A stretch of 64,000 nt of DNA from Squalus acanthias (lineage: Eukaryota). The notes beneath the pieces were generated by a model, which saw only the letters and a program-made list of their open reading frames with translations, did not search any database and was not told the DNA's origin. The stretch lies in NCBI GenBank assembly GCA_030390025.1, contig CM059433.1:10108001-10172000 (forward strand), in the 5' to 3' direction. Numbering within the stretch: the stretch's first letter is position 1; each line of letters opens with the position of its first letter. The position numbers and the translations under genes are program-made. Positions 60,678-64,000 of this stretch are shown piece after piece.

Positions 60678-61544
60678 GGGGGTGATTTTATCAATGGGGA
60701 CGTGATGGAGGTGGGACTGCTGCTTGTCGGGTTTTAGTCCCGCCTCCATCGACGACCGGCCAACCCGCGCTATTTTCCCTTGATTGACCTTGTTAAGCCC
60801 GCTGGGGCTTAGCAGGCCAGTTAAGGGAAAGCCGGCGACAGAGAACGTCAGCGTATGACGTTTCATCTGTCAAAAATTTGCTGTCAAAAATTTTTGACAG
60901 ATGACTTGTCATCGTTTGACAGCTTTGAGAAGCTGCCAAACACTGACAATCTCTGTTCTTTGGTGAGTCCTTGTACTCAAGACTCACCAAGCCTCTTTCC
61001 TGAGCAGAAATCAGATGGCTGTTGCATCGGAGAATGCAGCGGCCATTCCGTCATCTCTGCCGGTGAGATGAGGCAGCTCCGCAGCCTAAAGGGATGAATG
61101 CTGGAGGAAGAAGCAAAGGTAAGTAATCTTATTAAAACACTCTACACTCACCTCACACACTTACCTCTCTACACTTGCAGTCATCACTCACCTGCACACC
61201 GGACATTTCGGCCCCTCCGACCCCCGTAGACCCACGGCTCGCCTCGCTGACCCTGGCGAGGTTCGGAGCCGTCGGGAAGCCCACACTTTAGGGCTCAAAA
61301 TAGGGATTAGCCAAAAAACTGCCTGTTAACCACCTGTTAACTACCTGTTAACAGGCAGTTAATTGTCACTAATCCCCTTCCCGCCTCGAGGAGACGGGAC
61401 CCGGTGCGGGTCGGGTACCCGCCTCCTGGGAAGATGGCACGGGGGCGGGATGGGGATGGGATGGGTACCCGTTCCCAGATTCTGCCATTTTCCCGGCAGT
61501 CCCGCCTCCATACCCGCCTCCCCAGGGCTGGGAAAATCGCCCCC
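60678..61544. mobile_element. Harbinger-like MITE
   Basis: TIRs GGGGGTGATTTT / AAAATCGCCCCC; flanks TAT and CAT. Confidence 0.78.
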
Positions 61545-61611
61545 CATGACTCTGTGACAAGCCACCTCCAACAGAATTGCACTGAATTACCAACTTAAAA
61601 TCGGTGCAAAC

Positions 61612-61788
61612 CGATGTTCCCTGTAAGCGGCGCTTTGTTCCGCGCGGCCTGTTTCTTTTAACGCGCGGTCCCTTTAAATTTCTGTGCGTGCGCGGTATTC
61701 ACAATGTAAAAGCCGGTGAGCGGCCCCTGCGCGGGACCTTTCAGATTACTGCGCGGCCGCACGTGTGCGCACCTTAGCGGGAACATTG
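61612..61788. mobile_element. hAT-like MITE
   Basis: TIRs CGATGTTCCCTGTAAG / CTTAGCGGGAACATTG; 8-bp TSD GTGCAAAC / GTGCTAAC. Confidence 0.75.
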
Positions 61789-62630
61789 GTGCTAACGTTT
61801 TTGGAGTGGGGTTTGAACCCACCACCCTCTGACTCAGGGGCAAGTGTGCTACCAAAATCATCAAAGGCTGACAGCCACAGTAAGCAGCTAAGGTGCAGCC
61901 ATGCAAAGGATGGATTTAAACCAGGAGAATGACAGGTCATAAATTCCAACAGTAATGCCCGAAGGTTCAGCATCTAACTTAGGCCTCTAGAAAACAGGTG
62001 TAACTAAAACCAGCAACTGAGCAAGGCTGATGCTGGGATCTTAAAGATGAATTGCTGAGTTCCGTTATTCTGTTAGATAGAGGCTCATAACTTTGCTTTG
62101 GATTTGTCATTTGTCAACATTTTTTTGCCCCCTAATTTGGAGGCTCCTAGCTTCATTTGAAAGTCTCGCTCAAGACTGTTTCTCGCTTGGGGGAATGTCC
62201 CTAAAATGACGGGGAAGGATGCAAAATGTTTTTGCCCGCCCGTAGGGATTCCCAACTTTATCATTTATTTGTTAGAGGAAGAAGATGAAGAGGAACAGCA
62301 GGCAACTTAGGAAGCCAGTGTTATAAGACAGCACCACAGGAGACTTAGAGCTTCCTATAGAAATCCAGCCACCAGGGTGTATAGCCTCTGATCACTCCTG
62401 AACAATATCCATGTGTCAGGAGGCCTCTGTGTTATGTGGGTCATGTGCAGAAGTTCCTGGAGTTTCCACTCACTCCAGGTTGCTCTGCAGAGAACCTCTC
62501 TCTAATAGTACTGCAAATGATGACATTGCCGCACATCTTTGGAGAGTCCCTGCGGTGCCTCCGTACGGCTCTGATGCTCTGCAAATATTTGTCTTTTCAC
62601 GTCAGAACCTCTGAGATCTGAATGTTTATC

Positions 62631-62832
62631 TGTGAGAAGTCGCACAACACCAGGTTATAGTCCAACAGTTTTATTTGAAATCACAAGCTTTCGTAGCGCT
62701 GCTCCTTCGTCAGGTGAAGAAGCAGCCGCTCCGAAAGCTTGTGATTTCAAATAAAACTGTTGGACTATAACCTGGTGTTGTGCGACTTCTCACATTTGTC
62801 CACCCCAGTCCAACACCGGCATCTCCGCATCA
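62631..62832. mobile_element. Penelope hairpin insertion (inverted terminal-repeat pair), probably inside a decayed Harbinger transposase
   Basis: About 63-bp perfect inverted arms, a 3' extension, and TSD TGAATGTTTATC (62619-30, 62833-44). Confidence 0.92.
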
Positions 62833-63519
62833 TGAATGTTTATCAGTCATGGTCTGACATCTCCTAAGCCTCTACTCGGGTACATCATGCTCCGCCTCCA
62901 AAGTCTCATCCTCTGGCCTTTGTTGTGAGTTGTGAATCACTCTATATCAATTCCTCACACAGTCTATCTGTATTGCCCAGGTTAACCTATCTGGGCTGGT
63001 GTGTGCAAATGTTAGGGCCATGATGTAGTGGGCCAATTTCTGCCCACTACACCACTTAGTGCCAAGATGTTGAAGGTTTTGGCATTGATTCTTTCTCTCT
63101 CTCTCTCTCTAAGCAGCATCTTTCTTGCTTCGAGCTTCTGTGGAGATAAGAAGATTGAAAAACAGGATGAGTTTCCCGCCTGTCTATTTTTTCCTGCCTG
63201 TTAGGCTCATGAAAGGAACTCCTCAGTGTATTAACCTCAAAAAAGGCAAACCATTTCTGATAGTTGATTATTATCACCGTCAGCACAAACCGTCTGTGGG
63301 TCCAGGCCCTCCCATATCTCCATCCCCCACAGCATTAACTGAGTGAATTCCCAGCATTTGCTTCGCCTCTTCCTGCTGTTCCTCTTCCTGTAACCTGCCC
63401 TTCTGAGGAAATGAGCGTAATCTTTTGCTGCAACAGCTGGGTACAAAGCAATACCCAGCTATTATCAAATTTTAAAATCAATTGTACATAAATAGATTGA
63501 ATGATGATTATTACTATTT

Positions 63520-64000
63520 ACATAGAATTACATAGAATCTTACAGCACAGAAACAGCCCATTCTGCCCATCTGCTCCGTGCCGGTGTTTATACTCCACAC
63601 GAGCCTCCTCCCACCTTACTCTATCTCACCCTATCAGCATATCCTTCGATTCCTTTCTCCCTCACATGCTTATCCAGCTTCCCCTTAAATGCATCTTTAC
63701 TATTCAACTCAACCACTCCCTGTGGTAATAAGTTTCACATTCTCACCACTCTCTGAGTAAAGAAGTTTCTGCTGAATTAATTATTGGATTTAGATCGAAC
63801 CCCTTTCATAATTTTAAAGAGCTCTTTCAGGTCACCTTTCAGTCTTCTCTTTTCAAGAGAAAAGAGCCCTCTCAGTTCTGGTATCATCCTTGTAAATCTT
63901 TTTTTTTGCATTTTTCCAGTGCTTCTGTACTCTTGTTGTAATATGGAGACCAGAAATGTGCACAAGTGTGGTCTCACCAAGGTTCCACATAAGTTCCTCT
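63520..64000 (-). mobile_element. CR1 3' fragment
   Basis: LVRPHL..KRFTRMIPEL..LFSLEKRRLKGDL; tail catagaattacatagaat. Confidence 0.85.

Noticed and set aside
1..64000. Prokaryotic or viral system (retron, DGR, defence operon)
   Set aside because: All RT and nuclease sequences are eukaryotic non-LTR or Penelope types, and there is no operon-like gene density.

Overview
This is vertebrate non-coding DNA, most likely from a cartilaginous fish (shark), judged from its repeat content. Most of the window is nested transposable elements. No host protein-coding gene, rRNA, true tRNA or CRISPR array can be supported. The centrepiece is an apparently intact CR1 LINE (about 17.55-21.68 kb) with ORF1 (zinc finger/leucine zipper plus SGNH esterase) and ORF2 (APE endonuclease plus RT). 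Around it are a second, decayed CR1 lineage (29.95-33.57 kb), many CR1 3' fragments, RTE, L2 and Vingi fragments, and a poly(A)-tailed LINE of unresolved clade. Also present are DeuSINE (SacSINE1-like) and AmnSINE2-like SINEs, Penelope-like elements, PIF/Harbinger remnants (DDE transposase and Myb/SANT) with many MITEs, two hAT MITEs and a 1.1 kb minisatellite. Four observations stand out. (1) Both CR1 lineages end ORF1 with an in-register U_UUA_AAC slippery heptamer, and ORF2 is open in the -1 frame from it, which suggests programmed -1 frameshifting. (2) Penelope termini contain minimal type-I hammerhead folds, and two ~200 bp hairpin insertions invert inside that fold. (3) A Harbinger-type MITE family shows compensatory substitutions in two internal palindromes and carries an NRF1/ETS motif plus conserved splice donors. 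(4) TSDs resolve several multi-layer nesting cascades. Family names come from recalled motifs, not database searches, and the boundaries of old repeats are approximate.
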